Of a DNA stretch of 61,656 nucleotides, positions 50,548-61,612 are shown piece by piece; position 1 is the stretch's first letter, and each line of letters begins with the position of its first letter. The notes under the pieces are model-generated. The model did no database searches. It was not told the DNA's origin and saw nothing but the letters and a program-made list of their open reading frames with translations. Source of the DNA: an uncultured Brachyspira sp. (GTDB taxonomy: Bacteria > Spirochaetota > Brachyspiria > Brachyspirales > Brachyspiraceae); NCBI GenBank assembly GCA_964619175.1, contig CAZUEE010000002.1, forward strand, positions 1 to 61,656. The letters are read 5' to 3'. The position numbers and the translations under genes are program-made.

Positions 50548-51732
50548 ATGAATAACTTTCTACTCGATTTTGGCGTTATAAATTCTATTTCCAAAAATAA
50601 AAAAGAATTATACGAAAATTATTTTTTGAATATTCCAAACGGATTAAAAGAAAATGGAGATTATAGTTATAATAACGATAAAAAATTTTCTCTCGGTAAA
50701 ATTGAAAATGAATTTTTTAATTTTGAGCTTGAAAATCCTTACAATAATAAAATAAATAAAATGGCTTTGCATTCTGTAAATCAATTAAAACCAATCATTG
50801 ACGAAGCGAAGAAAATATACGGAAAAAACAGAATCGGCGTGATTATGGGAACTTGCGAAAACGGAAGTGACGAGACTAAAGATTTTATATTAAATGGTTC
50901 TGTAATAGACGAAAAAAGAATTTTGATAATGCAAAGTTTAAATATATGTTGCGAATTTTTAAAAAAATATTTTGATGTTAAAGGAATTTCTTTTACAATA
51001 TCGACTGCTTGCACTTCTAGTGCAAACGCGATAATATCTGCAGACGAACTTATAAAAAGCGAAATAATAGATGTAGCCATAGTCGGAGGAGCGGATGTCG
51101 TAACCGATACGGTTGTTTACGGTTTCGATTCTCTGGATATAGTCGATTATAATAAAATAAATTCTTTTTCCAAAAACCGATATGGAATTAATTTGGGAGA
51201 AGGAGCGGCATTTTTTATACTCTCTAAAGAAAATTTTATAGACAGCAAAGATGCTATAATATTAAAAGGACATGAAAGCAATTCGGATTCGCATCATATT
51301 ACGAGTCCCGATATAGAAGCGAAATCTACTTCGATATGCATAAAAGACGCTTTGAAAAAAGCAAATTTGAAAATAGACGACATAGATTATATAAATCTTC
51401 ATGGAACGGGAACGAATTTAAACGACATAATGGAAAGCAACACTTTAAATAAAGTCGGAGCGCAAAATATTTATTGCAGTTCGAGTAAAACCGCTTTCGG
51501 ACATACGATAGGAGCTGCGGGAGCGATGGAACTTGGAATTTGTTATTTAACTTTATCGAACATTAATAGAGAAAAAATACTTCCTATGCATTTATATGAT
51601 GGAGAATACGATAATAATTTGCAAAAAATAAATTTAGTTGATAGAAAAATATCTTTGGAAAAATTGAATAATTGCATGAGCATTTCTTTCGGATTTGGCG
51701 GAAGCAATACTTGTTTGATAATAGGAAAATAA
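50548..51732 (+). CDS. Beta-ketoacyl-ACP synthase (FabF-like)
   Basis: STACTSS (catalytic Cys), INLHGTGT, KTAFGHTIGAAG, SFGFGGSN. Confidence 0.92.
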   Translation: MNNFLLDFGVINSISKNKKELYENYFLNIPNGLKENGDYSYNNDKKFSLGKIENEFFNFELENPYNNKINKMALHSVNQLKPIIDEAKKIYGKNRIGVIMGTCENGSDETKDFILNGSVIDEKRILIMQSLNICCEFLKKYFDVKGISFTISTACTSSANAIISADELIKSEIIDVAIVGGADVVTDTVVYGFDSLDIVDYNKINSFSKNRYGINLGEGAAFFILSKENFIDSKDAIILKGHESNSDSHHITSPDIEAKSTSICIKDALKKANLKIDDIDYINLHGTGTNLNDIMESNTLNKVGAQNIYCSSSKTAFGHTIGAAGAMELGICYLTLSNINREKILPMHLYDGEYDNNLQKINLVDRKISLEKLNNCMSISFGFGGSNTCLIIGK

Positions 51733-51735
51733 ATT

Positions 51736-52161
51736 ATGAAATACGAATTAAAAATTCCGCATAAAGGAAAAATGCTTTTAATCGACAAAATAGAAGATAT
51801 TGATTTTGAAAATAAAACCATAATCACTTTTGCGACTATAAATAAAGAAAATATATTTTATGAAACGGACGGAATTCCAAGTTATATATTTACGGAATAT
51901 GTCGCTCAAAGTTGTGCTGCGTATAATTCTTATTGTAAAGAAAATCAAGAAAATAATGAAAATCAAAAAATAGGATTTATTTTAAATATCAAAAGCGTTA
52001 ATTGTTATAAAGACAAAGTTAAAGCGGGAGAAACTATTTTTATAAAAGCAAAAGAAATTTTAAGAGATGCGAATATTTCTTATTATGACGGCGAAGTTTT
52101 TTATTTAAATAACGATAAAATAATGGACTGTTCTATAATGGTTATGGAAAGCGACAAATAA
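51736..52161 (+). CDS. Hotdog-fold 3-hydroxyacyl-ACP dehydratase-like protein
   Basis: IPHKGKMLLID and EYVAQ motifs; directly after the ketosynthase. Confidence 0.8.
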   Translation: MKYELKIPHKGKMLLIDKIEDIDFENKTIITFATINKENIFYETDGIPSYIFTEYVAQSCAAYNSYCKENQENNENQKIGFILNIKSVNCYKDKVKAGETIFIKAKEILRDANISYYDGEVFYLNNDKIMDCSIMVMESDK

Positions 52162-52210
52162 AATATAAAAAATTCTCAAATAACAACTTTACCAAATCTA
52201 TAAATTTATA

Positions 52211-52247
52211 TTGACAAATTTATTATATATGTTAGAATAGTCTAACA
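52211..52247 (+). promoter_or_regulatory. Promoter with a palindromic operator over the -10 box
   Basis: TTGACA-N16-TAGAAT; TGTTAGA-atag-TCTAACA at 52230-52247. Confidence 0.7.
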
Positions 52248-52288
52248 ATTAATTATTTTTGATTATTTTTAATAAAGGTTAAATTATT

Positions 52289-54052
52289 ATGAAACATTGG
52301 TTTTTTAGACTTATGAAACTTTCTGGAAAATTTAAAATATTGCTTTTGTTGTCATGCATATTTTCCATAATAAGTTCTATACTTGTCATGTTTCCTTTCG
52401 TTTTTATTTATTTGATTATAAAAGAATTACTCTATTCAAATAATTACGATATTATAATTTATTACGCGAAAGTAAGTTTAATATTTTCAATAACGAGTTT
52501 GATTGCATATTTGATAGCTTTATTGTTGTCTCATATAAGTGCTTTTTCTACGATACATTCTATAAAATTAAAACTTATGAAACATATAATTTCTTTGCCT
52601 TTGGGTTTTCACATAAAAAATCCAAGCGGTAAAATCAGAAAGTTGGTAGAAGTTAGCTCTGAACAAATAGAAAATTTTGTAGCTCATAATATTCCCGATA
52701 TAGCTTACGCTTTCGTAAGTCCCGTAGCTTTAATAATTTTATTTATATATTTCGATTATAGGATGGCTATAGCATGTTTAATTCCTATTTTTTTAGCTTT
52801 TATAATGCAAAGTTTTCTTATTGGTAAAGATGTTTCGGCTAAATTTATGGCATCGTATCAAAAATGTTTGGGAGAGATGAATAACGCGGCTGTAGAATAT
52901 GTGAGAGGAATTTCTGTTATAAAAGTATTTGGACAAACTACTTTTTCATTTAAAACTTTTTACGATTCCATAATAAATTACGGAGATTATTCTAAAAAGT
53001 TCGCTTTCTCTTGGAGAGTTCCTTTTACATCTTTTGTAGCCGTGGTTAATTCTTCTTTCTTTTTTCTTATTTTATTCGGATTAATATTTATAACCAAAAC
53101 CAACGATTATAAATCTTTCGTCTTAAGTTTTATATTTTATACGATAACTAGCGCTTTAATTTCTATAACTCTTATGAAGCTTATGTATGTTAATTCGTAT
53201 TCCCTTATGGTAGAAATGGCTATAGACGACATATACAAAATACTCGAAGAAAAACCGTTGGAAGAATCGAATAATATTTATAAAAATATTAAACCAAAAA
53301 CTTTTGACATTAGCTTTAAAAATGTAACTTTCAAATACGATAACGCCGATATTCCCGCGATAGAAAATATAAGTTTCGAAGCTTTGCCAAATACCATAAC
53401 GGCTTTGGTTGGAGCTTCTGGTTCGGGTAAAAGCACTATAGCAAGTTTGATTCCAAGATTCTACGATGTAAATAAAGGTTCTATAGAAATAGGTAAAATT
53501 AATATAAAGGACATGAATTATTCTCAATTAATGAAAACTGTCGGTTTTGTTTTTCAAGATTCCAAATTGCTTAAGGCTACTTTATTTGAAAATGTTAAAT
53601 ACGGAAATTCTAACGCCTCTAAAGAAGAAGTCTTTAAAGCTATGGAATTGGCTCAATGCGAAGAGATAATAAATAAATTTCCAAACGGAATAAATACGAA
53701 AATAGGAACTAAAGGAGTTTATTTATCGGGAGGGGAAGTTCAAAGAATATCTATAGCGAGAGCGATTTTAAAAAATGCGCCTATAATAGTATTTGATGAA
53801 GCTACATCTTTTGCCGACCCGGAAAACGAATATCAAATACACTTGGCGTTAAATAAATTAATAAAAAATAAAACGGTAATAATGATAGCGCATAGATTGT
53901 CGACTATAAAAAACGCCGATTTGATACTCGTTTTGGATAACGGGAAAATAATAGAGAGAGGAAATCATAATGAGCTTATAAAATTAAACGGAAAATATAA
54001 GCGAATGTATGATAATTATAAAAACGCTTTAAATTGGAGCGTTAAGAAATAA
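52289..54052 (+). CDS. ABC transporter TMD-NBD subunit (YbtP/IrtA-like)
   Basis: Six TM segments, EYVRGISVIKVF, GASGSGKS, LSGGE, DEATSFADPENE. Confidence 0.88.
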   Translation: MKHWFFRLMKLSGKFKILLLLSCIFSIISSILVMFPFVFIYLIIKELLYSNNYDIIIYYAKVSLIFSITSLIAYLIALLLSHISAFSTIHSIKLKLMKHIISLPLGFHIKNPSGKIRKLVEVSSEQIENFVAHNIPDIAYAFVSPVALIILFIYFDYRMAIACLIPIFLAFIMQSFLIGKDVSAKFMASYQKCLGEMNNAAVEYVRGISVIKVFGQTTFSFKTFYDSIINYGDYSKKFAFSWRVPFTSFVAVVNSSFFFLILFGLIFITKTNDYKSFVLSFIFYTITSALISITLMKLMYVNSYSLMVEMAIDDIYKILEEKPLEESNNIYKNIKPKTFDISFKNVTFKYDNADIPAIENISFEALPNTITALVGASGSGKSTIASLIPRFYDVNKGSIEIGKINIKDMNYSQLMKTVGFVFQDSKLLKATLFENVKYGNSNASKEEVFKAMELAQCEEIINKFPNGINTKIGTKGVYLSGGEVQRISIARAILKNAPIIVFDEATSFADPENEYQIHLALNKLIKNKTVIMIAHRLSTIKNADLILVLDNGKIIERGNHNELIKLNGKYKRMYDNYKNALNWSVKK

Positions 54053-54115
54053 TTATAATTTATTTTTGATTTTTTAATTTTTGATTTGAATAAACATATA
54101 AAAGGATAAAAATTC

Positions 54116-55855
54116 ATGCTTAAAAATATTTTTATGTTGTCGGATAGAGGTGTAAATGATATGAGAAAAGCCATATTTTGGTCTGTAATATCCGATATAA
54201 CTTTAATGTCTTCTATAAGCGTATTGTTTATAGTGTTAAAAAAAATTATAGAACCTATTATAGATTCAAAAGAATATACTAGCGTCAATATTATCTCGTA
54301 TATTTTAATAGCATTATCGATAGCGATTTTAATATATTTGGCTTTTTACATTCAATACAAATACTTATATATTTCCGTATATTCTGAAAGTTCTGCAAAA
54401 AGAGTTGATATGGCTGAAACGATTAGAAAACTTCCTTTATCGTTTTTTCAAAAAAAAGATTTGGTAGAATTTACAAATACATTAATGAAAGACATAACTT
54501 TTGTAGAAAATATATTGTCGCATGTAGTTCCGCAACTTATAGGTTCGATTATAACCGTAATATTAATATTCGTATGGCTTTTAATTTACGATTTTAAAAT
54601 GGGATTAAGCGTGGCGATAGTTTTTCCAATAGCTGTATCGATAGTATTTGCCACAAGAAGAATAATGGAAAAATACGGAAACATTACTTTGGATATTAAA
54701 AATCAATCTTCGGATTGCATTCAAGAAGCTTTGGACTGCATTAAAATAATAAAATCATACAATATGGAAAACGATTATTTGAAAATTCTTAAAGAAAAAT
54801 TAAAAAAAGAATTTTTAGCTTCCATTAAAACCGAAGCAATAACGGGAACTTTCGTAATGTCGGGAAACGCGATATTGAAATTTGGAATCTCTTTGACTAT
54901 ATTTGTCGGAGCTTACTTATTTATAAGAAACGAAATAACCATCTATAAATATATAGCTTTTTTATTAATCGCTTCGAGGATATATTCTCCGATAGAGGTC
55001 ATACTTAATAGAATAACGGAAATATTTATGCTTAAAATTATATACAAAAGAATGAGAGCGATAAAAAATATAGAAATACAAAAAGGGAGAAGCGATATAG
55101 AATTAAATAATTTTAATATCTCTTTTAATAATGTTTATTTTTCTTATAAAGACGACAATAATCAAGTTATAAAAAATGTTTCTTTTGAAGCCAAACAAAA
55201 CGAAGTGACGGCGATAGTCGGAAGAAGCGGAAGCGGAAAATCCACTCTCACTAAACTTGCGGCAAGATTTTGGGACTTGAACGAAGGAAGCATAACGATA
55301 GGCAAAATTGACATAAAAACCATAGAACCCGAAACTTTATTAAAAAATATATCCATAGTTTTTCAAGATGTTATTTTATTTAACGATACGATATTTAATA
55401 ATATAAAGATAGGAAAGCGAAATGCAACCGAAGAAGAAATTTATAAAGTTGCAAAATTATCTCAATGCGATAAATTTATAAATAACTTAAAAGATGGTTA
55501 TAATACTATACTCGGCGAAAACGGAGAGACTTTATCGGGCGGAGAGAGGCAGAGAATATCGATAGCGAGAGCGCTTTTAAAAGACGCTCCGATAATATTA
55601 CTTGACGAAGTGACATCTTATTTGGATAGCGAAAACGAGTATTTGGTTCAAACCGCCATATCCAATCTTATCAAAAATAAAACCGTTATAGTTATAGCGC
55701 ATAGATTAAAAACTATAAGAGATGCCGACAAAATAATAGTTTTAGACGAAGGTAAAATTGTGGAAGAGGGAAAACATAGTAAGCTTATCAAAAATAATTA
55801 TCTGTATTCAAAACTTGTTTCTATGCAAGAAGAGAGTTTAAGCTGGAAAGTTTAA
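54116..55855 (+). CDS. ABC transporter TMD-NBD subunit (YbtQ/IrtB-like)
   Basis: RKLPLSFF, GRSGSGKS, LAARFWD, LSGGERQR. Confidence 0.88.
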   Translation: MLKNIFMLSDRGVNDMRKAIFWSVISDITLMSSISVLFIVLKKIIEPIIDSKEYTSVNIISYILIALSIAILIYLAFYIQYKYLYISVYSESSAKRVDMAETIRKLPLSFFQKKDLVEFTNTLMKDITFVENILSHVVPQLIGSIITVILIFVWLLIYDFKMGLSVAIVFPIAVSIVFATRRIMEKYGNITLDIKNQSSDCIQEALDCIKIIKSYNMENDYLKILKEKLKKEFLASIKTEAITGTFVMSGNAILKFGISLTIFVGAYLFIRNEITIYKYIAFLLIASRIYSPIEVILNRITEIFMLKIIYKRMRAIKNIEIQKGRSDIELNNFNISFNNVYFSYKDDNNQVIKNVSFEAKQNEVTAIVGRSGSGKSTLTKLAARFWDLNEGSITIGKIDIKTIEPETLLKNISIVFQDVILFNDTIFNNIKIGKRNATEEEIYKVAKLSQCDKFINNLKDGYNTILGENGETLSGGERQRISIARALLKDAPIILLDEVTSYLDSENEYLVQTAISNLIKNKTVIVIAHRLKTIRDADKIIVLDEGKIVEEGKHSKLIKNNYLYSKLVSMQEESLSWKV

Positions 55856-55952
55856 TTTTATTTATTTTTATAATCTTAAATAATGCTAATTGACAATATA
55901 TAAAATTAATTATAAAATCCTTATCGAGTAACTAAAAACAGGTTGAAAAATT

Positions 55953-57671
55953 TTGAAATTTAAAATTATATTGTTTATTCTAATTAATACTTTGCTATAT
56001 TCTCAATATAATAATTTGTTTAATCTGAGAGACAAAGAAGTAAAAATAAAATTTAGCTTAAATACAAACGATGGCAAATTAATAATCAGCGCCGATATTC
56101 CAAAAAATTATTACGCTTATTTGGAATCGTCAATAGCAAATAAAATAAAATTCTATGACAATAATAAAGAAATAAACACTGTATATCCAAAAGGCGAAAT
56201 TTATCATAACGATATTATAATAAAAGGCATGCAGGAATTTATATTAAATATAGATATAAAAAATATTAATTCCATAAAGGCGGATTATCAATTATGTTCT
56301 GAAAAAGACAATATATGTTTGCCTCCAAAAAGCGAAATTATATTTGAAAAAGAGATTAACGATATTTTAGAAAAACCTCAAAATGCTAGTTTAATAGAAA
56401 ATGGAATAGAAAAATATAATATAAAAAATGTAAGTATCGAAAATCGAAATATATTGATAACTTTGATAATTATATTTGCATCCGGTTTGGCTACGGTTTT
56501 TTTGCCGTGTTCGTATCCTCTCTTGTCGATAACGGTTTCCATATTTTCAAATTCTAAAAATTCAAAAAATCAAAATAAAAAATCGAATATAATATCTTCT
56601 CTTTTATTTTCTTTGGGAATCATAACTACTTATACGATTTTGGGAACTGTGGTTTCGGTGGCGGGATTCTTTTTTCAAAAAACTATTTTATTTGGAAGTA
56701 TAGGATATAATCCGATAGTTTTAACGGTTTTAATTTTATTTTTTCTATATTTCGCATTTTCAATGGCAGGATTTTACGAAATCAAATCTCCGATTTTTTT
56801 GCAATCGGCAAAGTCAAAGGCTTATTCAAAAAATGACAATTCTAATAATTATTTAAATAAATATATAATGGGACTTTTAACGGGAATAGTCGCCACTCCT
56901 TGTGCTGCTCCGATAATAGCATTTATACTTCAAATGGGATTATTAAATCCTCTGTTTGCAACTTTTTATATGTCGGTTTACGCTTTGGGTTTTTCTTCGA
57001 TATTATTTGTATTGGGAAGTTTCGCTTCCATACTTTCTAAAATGCCAAAATCTGGGAAATGGACGATTTGCATTAAATATATTTTTACTTTTTTAATGTT
57101 TCTTATATGTTTTTATTATTTAAATATATTATTTGGAGTTTTAGGATTTGACAAAATAAGTTATTTGCTTGCGGATTTGTCGATAATAATATTCGCCTTA
57201 TTGGTTTATTTAGTAAAAAAGAAAAATATAAAAATCATATTAACCAAATTTGAAATAAAATTATTCGTTTCGGTTTTGATATTATCTTTAATAGTAGGTT
57301 CTGCTTACGGTTTTATAAAATCAAAATCTTATAATTCGATTACTTATGAAGAAGCTTTAGATATTTCAAGACAAAACGGAAAATATATACTTATAGATTT
57401 TTCCGCCGTTTGGTGCGCAAATTGTTACGAACTTAAAGAAAAAGTGTTCGACAACGAAGAATTAAAAAAAGTTATAGATGATAATTTAATTTTTATAGAA
57501 GTCGATGTGGATAAAAGAAAAGACATTTCAAAAGAATTTGAAGTTAAATGGCTTCCTTGGATAATAATTATAGATAAAAATAAAAATATCTTATATATAA
57601 AAAATTCTTTTTCAAGTTTCGACGAAAAAACTGCAAACGAAATAAAAGAAAGTATAGAAAATATAATTTAA
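55953..57671 (+). CDS. DsbD-like thiol:disulfide interchange protein
   Basis: Three-domain cysteine pattern: QLCSEKDNICLPP; LPCSYP and TPCAAP; thioredoxin WCANC. Confidence 0.88.
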   Translation: MKFKIILFILINTLLYSQYNNLFNLRDKEVKIKFSLNTNDGKLIISADIPKNYYAYLESSIANKIKFYDNNKEINTVYPKGEIYHNDIIIKGMQEFILNIDIKNINSIKADYQLCSEKDNICLPPKSEIIFEKEINDILEKPQNASLIENGIEKYNIKNVSIENRNILITLIIIFASGLATVFLPCSYPLLSITVSIFSNSKNSKNQNKKSNIISSLLFSLGIITTYTILGTVVSVAGFFFQKTILFGSIGYNPIVLTVLILFFLYFAFSMAGFYEIKSPIFLQSAKSKAYSKNDNSNNYLNKYIMGLLTGIVATPCAAPIIAFILQMGLLNPLFATFYMSVYALGFSSILFVLGSFASILSKMPKSGKWTICIKYIFTFLMFLICFYYLNILFGVLGFDKISYLLADLSIIIFALLVYLVKKKNIKIILTKFEIKLFVSVLILSLIVGSAYGFIKSKSYNSITYEEALDISRQNGKYILIDFSAVWCANCYELKEKVFDNEELKKVIDDNLIFIEVDVDKRKDISKEFEVKWLPWIIIIDKNKNILYIKNSFSSFDEKTANEIKESIENII

Positions 57672-58120
57672 AATATTTCTTCTCCGTTTTCTATCTTGCT
57701 TATTAAATCTACTCTTTTTGCATGTCGTCCGCCTTCGAATTCTGCCTCGCTCCATTCTTTAACTATCATTTTCGCCAAATCGACTCCGACTACCCTCGCC
57801 CCAAAAGCTATGATATTAGAGTTGTTATGTCGTTTCGATAATTGCGCCGAATAAGGCTCTGAACAAACAGCCGCTCTTATACCTTTAACTTTATTTGCCG
57901 CAAGAGAGATTCCTATGCCCGTTCCGCAAATTAAAACTCCGCCGTCATATTTTCCTTTTGCAACTTCTTCTGCTACTTTTTTTCCGTAAATCGGATAATC
58001 TACTCTCTCGGCATCATTTGTTCCGAAATCGTCTACCGTATGTCCCAATTCTTTTAAATATTTTATTATTTCGGATTTTAATTCTATTCCCGTATGGTCG
58101 GATGCTATCGCTATTTTCAT
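57668..58120 (-). CDS. rpiB: Ribose-5-phosphate isomerase B
   Basis: IASDHTG, VDYP, CGTGIG, HNNSN, FEGGRH. Confidence 0.95.
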   Translation of the reverse strand: MKIAIASDHTGIELKSEIIKYLKELGHTVDDFGTNDAERVDYPIYGKKVAEEVAKGKYDGGVLICGTGIGISLAANKVKGIRAAVCSEPYSAQLSKRHNNSNIIAFGARVVGVDLAKMIVKEWSEAEFEGGRHAKRVDLISKIENGEEIF

Positions 58121-58169
58121 GATTTATTCCTTTTTATTTATTATTTTTTATTTTAATCTAATATTAAAT

Positions 58170-58877
58170 TTATAAACTATAAGAAAATTCTATTATAGCG
58201 TAAATTATATTATTTTCTCCGCAAAGTTTAATTATAGTTTTATCGTCAATATTTTCTTTATTAACTATAATCGTATCTCCCAATTTTGCAGGAATTCTAT
58301 ATTCTATTCTTATTCTTTTAAAATAATCTTCGACATAATCTATAACCATATCGATATATCGCGCGTTGTTTACATGATTGTTATCGTCTATAAAATATTT
58401 CTTTACTTTAAATCTGTCGACTTCTTTAAAATTTTTACTCTCGAATTTTATTTTTCTTGGCAAATAATTCATTTCGATTTTATTATCGAATTTCACGCTT
58501 TCAATAATAGGTTTAGGAATTCTTACCAAATTGGAAGTATTTAAATTTACGAATCCTCCTATAGCATAACAAACCACAAGCTCTTTATTATTTTCATCGT
58601 ATATTACGGTATTTCTGTATCCGTAAGCTTCGTTGCATTCGTAAACATAAGTTCGAGCTATAATTTTTTCGCTATATTTTGGGAGTTTATAAATATCAAC
58701 CTGCCTTGAAATAAGAAACATGCTTATATCATTTTCGTTAAAATATTTTGTAAGCTCTATTTCGCTATCTAATTGAAAGAAAGAACAATCTTGCATAATA
58801 TCGAATATTGCCGAAGATTTTAAAAATCCGTCTTTATCTATTTGACTCGTTCCAATAATCATTTTCATTTCATACAT
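58170..58877 (-). CDS. Acyl-ACP thioesterase family protein
   Basis: IDDNNHVNNARY motif; size fits a double hotdog fold. Confidence 0.88.
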   Translation of the reverse strand: MYEMKMIIGTSQIDKDGFLKSSAIFDIMQDCSFFQLDSEIELTKYFNENDISMFLISRQVDIYKLPKYSEKIIARTYVYECNEAYGYRNTVIYDENNKELVVCYAIGGFVNLNTSNLVRIPKPIIESVKFDNKIEMNYLPRKIKFESKNFKEVDRFKVKKYFIDDNNHVNNARYIDMVIDYVEDYFKRIRIEYRIPAKLGDTIIVNKENIDDKTIIKLCGENNIIYAIIEFSYSL

Positions 58878-59015
58878 ATAAAAGCCTATTATTTAAAGTT
58901 GTAATATTATATAGGAATGATTAATAATTGTCAAAATTTTTAATAATTTATAATCGTATAAAATATTTTTGTATAATATTTATTTAATAGAATTATATTT
59001 AAATTTTCTTTATTA

Positions 59016-61517
59016 TCATTCTTTCAATTTGTATAAATAAAGCCCAAACTCATCATATTTTGTGGATATATTTGTATAATAAGTTTGCACATATTCATTA
59101 AAAATATTTGCATAGTCATTATCATTTTTATTGTTATAGAAAGAATATATTTTTAAAGTTTTATACGAAAAGAATATATTAGGTTTTCTATCCAAAAATA
59201 TTTTAACCGCATTACTATAACCGAAATTTGGATTCCACCAGTCGCTTTCATTTGGTAATATCAAAGAATTTGTCCAACCTAAATTTGCATATCCGTAAAC
59301 GAAAGGACCGCCAAATGAAGCTATTCCGTTATAACCGTATTCTTTCATAAACTCAGTTACATAATAAGTAACGCTATTTTTTTCATCGTTTTTTGTTTGC
59401 ATATAATATAAAAAATCATTAGATATGGGATAAAAAATATTCGTGAAATTATTTACGGATATAGAAACGGTTGACAATATTCCTATTATAAATATTGATA
59501 AAAGTATATTATATACGCTTTTTGAAAGTGCTAATTTTTTATTTAATAGTAATTCATATAATTTATATAATATAAAAGGAATTATAATCGAAATCATAGG
59601 CGCTATTATCATCGAATTAAAAAAAGCCGTTCTGTTTATAGCATAAGTATAAACTCCTAAAGCGCTTATAGAACAAAATATTATACTTGGAAAATAATAT
59701 TCTAATTTAATATAATTACTATTTCTAAATATTTTCATGTTCTTTATATAATAAATAAAAGTAGTTAAGAAAATTAAACAAACTATAAAATAATAATTAT
59801 ACAATTTATTTATTTTTATTTCGATATAATTTACTTGTCCCGTTAATAGAGGAAATAATAAATCTTTTATATTTTGTTTTTCGCCTCCTAATAAATATAT
59901 ATTACAAATATTTAGAATTATATAAGAAAATAAAATCGAACAAATAGAAAAAATGGAAAATAAAAATATATTATAATATAATTTTTTATCCTTAAAAGTT
60001 AAATCGTAACAAAATGCATAGATATTTGAAATAAATAACGAAACCAAACATACTAAACCCGTTTCGGCATTCCATAATATGCTTAAAGAAGCTAAAAGAT
60101 AACCTATTAAATTTAATAATATATTTTTCTTATTGCCAATAATCGATATATACAAAATCATAATACTTGGAAAAATTATTCTTAAAGGTATAACCGCATA
60201 ATAATTATATTTAATGGTAAAATATATAAAGGAAGTTGTAAAAATACCTAAAATTCTATAGAACGAAGATTTTATTAATAAAAATATAGTAATTACAATG
60301 CATAAAGCTGATATTCCAGAAAGAATAGAAATCAATATTCCGTAAGTTTTTACATTTAACCCAAAAATTTTAAAAAACGGCTCTATTAATAATGCAAAAT
60401 GTCCTAATATGCTATACATATTTTTAGAATATGGTATATTACTATGAATCATAAATACGGAATTAAAATGAGCAGAATGATGACCTATATCGGGAATATT
60501 AGTTTGGTATTTGCCATAACCTATTAATATAACCGAAACAATGCCTAAAAATATGGCTAAATAATTATTAGAAAATTTAATTAAAATATATAATAAAATA
60601 ATTGATAACATTATTTCAACAATAAGAGATAATAAATTGTTATCAATAAAAAAATTCCATGACAATAATTTTATATTCTTAAAATAATTCCACTCCTCAA
60701 GCTCTATAAACATATTCATTAAAGATATTATAAACACTGTTATTATTAAATAAATTAAAATTCTACCTTTTTCATCATATATAAAAGTATTATAAATTTT
60801 TTCTATATACGCAATATTATTTACGCTTATATAATAAAAACATAACGATATAAATATTAAAGATAAAGCATATATATTAACATCACTTAAATTAAACGAT
60901 TTTAATATAAAAATTAATATGATAGTTAATGATAACGAAAAGAGGAAATTAATAATAAATTTGTTAATTATATTTTCATTACAACTTAATATACCTTCTT
61001 TGACTTTTCTATTAAATATAAATATTCTAATATTAGAAATATCTTTATCTATTATTCTTTTTATCCTCTTATTTTTTATACAAAAATAAATAAAAATAAT
61101 TAAAATATTGACTAAAATAATATTAATTATTTTAAACTTTATTTTCAATTTATAATTAATATTGTCAATTTTATCTTCTTCAATTATTTTACTAGAAATA
61201 AAATTCCCGTAAGGACTTCCGCCCTCTTCCATTTCCACATTTTCTATATAATCTGACAAATTTGATAAATCAGGATAAACTCCATAAATATCGCTATTTT
61301 TAAAAATTTTATCATAATAACCTATTTTAAAATTGTATTTATAATTTGTAGTAATCGTATTATCGAGATTAGTTATTTGATAAAAATTGTTTAATTTAAA
61401 ATTAGTTAAATATCCTACTCTAGTTTTTAAACCTAAAATTTGTAAAATAATTAACAAGATTGCTGCGATAATCAAAAACGAAATATAAATTTTAAGGAAT
61501 AATTTTATATTTTTCAT
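59016..61517 (-). CDS. Large polytopic membrane protein of unknown function (possibly GT-C-like)
   Basis: Many TM segments; ATG 61517 with RBS AAAGGA preferred to TTG 61556. Confidence 0.75.
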   Translation of the reverse strand: MKNIKLFLKIYISFLIIAAILLIILQILGLKTRVGYLTNFKLNNFYQITNLDNTITTNYKYNFKIGYYDKIFKNSDIYGVYPDLSNLSDYIENVEMEEGGSPYGNFISSKIIEEDKIDNINYKLKIKFKIINIILVNILIIFIYFCIKNKRIKRIIDKDISNIRIFIFNRKVKEGILSCNENIINKFIINFLFSLSLTIILIFILKSFNLSDVNIYALSLIFISLCFYYISVNNIAYIEKIYNTFIYDEKGRILIYLIITVFIISLMNMFIELEEWNYFKNIKLLSWNFFIDNNLLSLIVEIMLSIILLYILIKFSNNYLAIFLGIVSVILIGYGKYQTNIPDIGHHSAHFNSVFMIHSNIPYSKNMYSILGHFALLIEPFFKIFGLNVKTYGILISILSGISALCIVITIFLLIKSSFYRILGIFTTSFIYFTIKYNYYAVIPLRIIFPSIMILYISIIGNKKNILLNLIGYLLASLSILWNAETGLVCLVSLFISNIYAFCYDLTFKDKKLYYNIFLFSIFSICSILFSYIILNICNIYLLGGEKQNIKDLLFPLLTGQVNYIEIKINKLYNYYFIVCLIFLTTFIYYIKNMKIFRNSNYIKLEYYFPSIIFCSISALGVYTYAINRTAFFNSMIIAPMISIIIPFILYKLYELLLNKKLALSKSVYNILLSIFIIGILSTVSISVNNFTNIFYPISNDFLYYMQTKNDEKNSVTYYVTEFMKEYGYNGIASFGGPFVYGYANLGWTNSLILPNESDWWNPNFGYSNAVKIFLDRKPNIFFSYKTLKIYSFYNNKNDNDYANIFNEYVQTYYTNISTKYDEFGLYLYKLKE

Positions 61518-61612
61518 AGAACTATTCCTTTTATAATTAATTGCAAAAAACGCCAAGGTAAACGTTTAGATTTGAGAATAAAATTTTGCAATAAAAAAGA
61601 CGCAATACTACT

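Noticed and set aside
514..59646. Other short overlapping ORFs in the track (e.g. 514..966, 10464..10865, 45448..45846, 46868..47383, 57895..58122)
   Set aside because: They overlap well-supported genes and show no independent protein features.
61518..61568. The pentamer repeat frameshifting the membrane protein itself via an N-terminal extension
   Set aside because: In-frame stops at 61610-61608 and 61568-61566 separate the repeat from the CDS, so any effect must be indirect.
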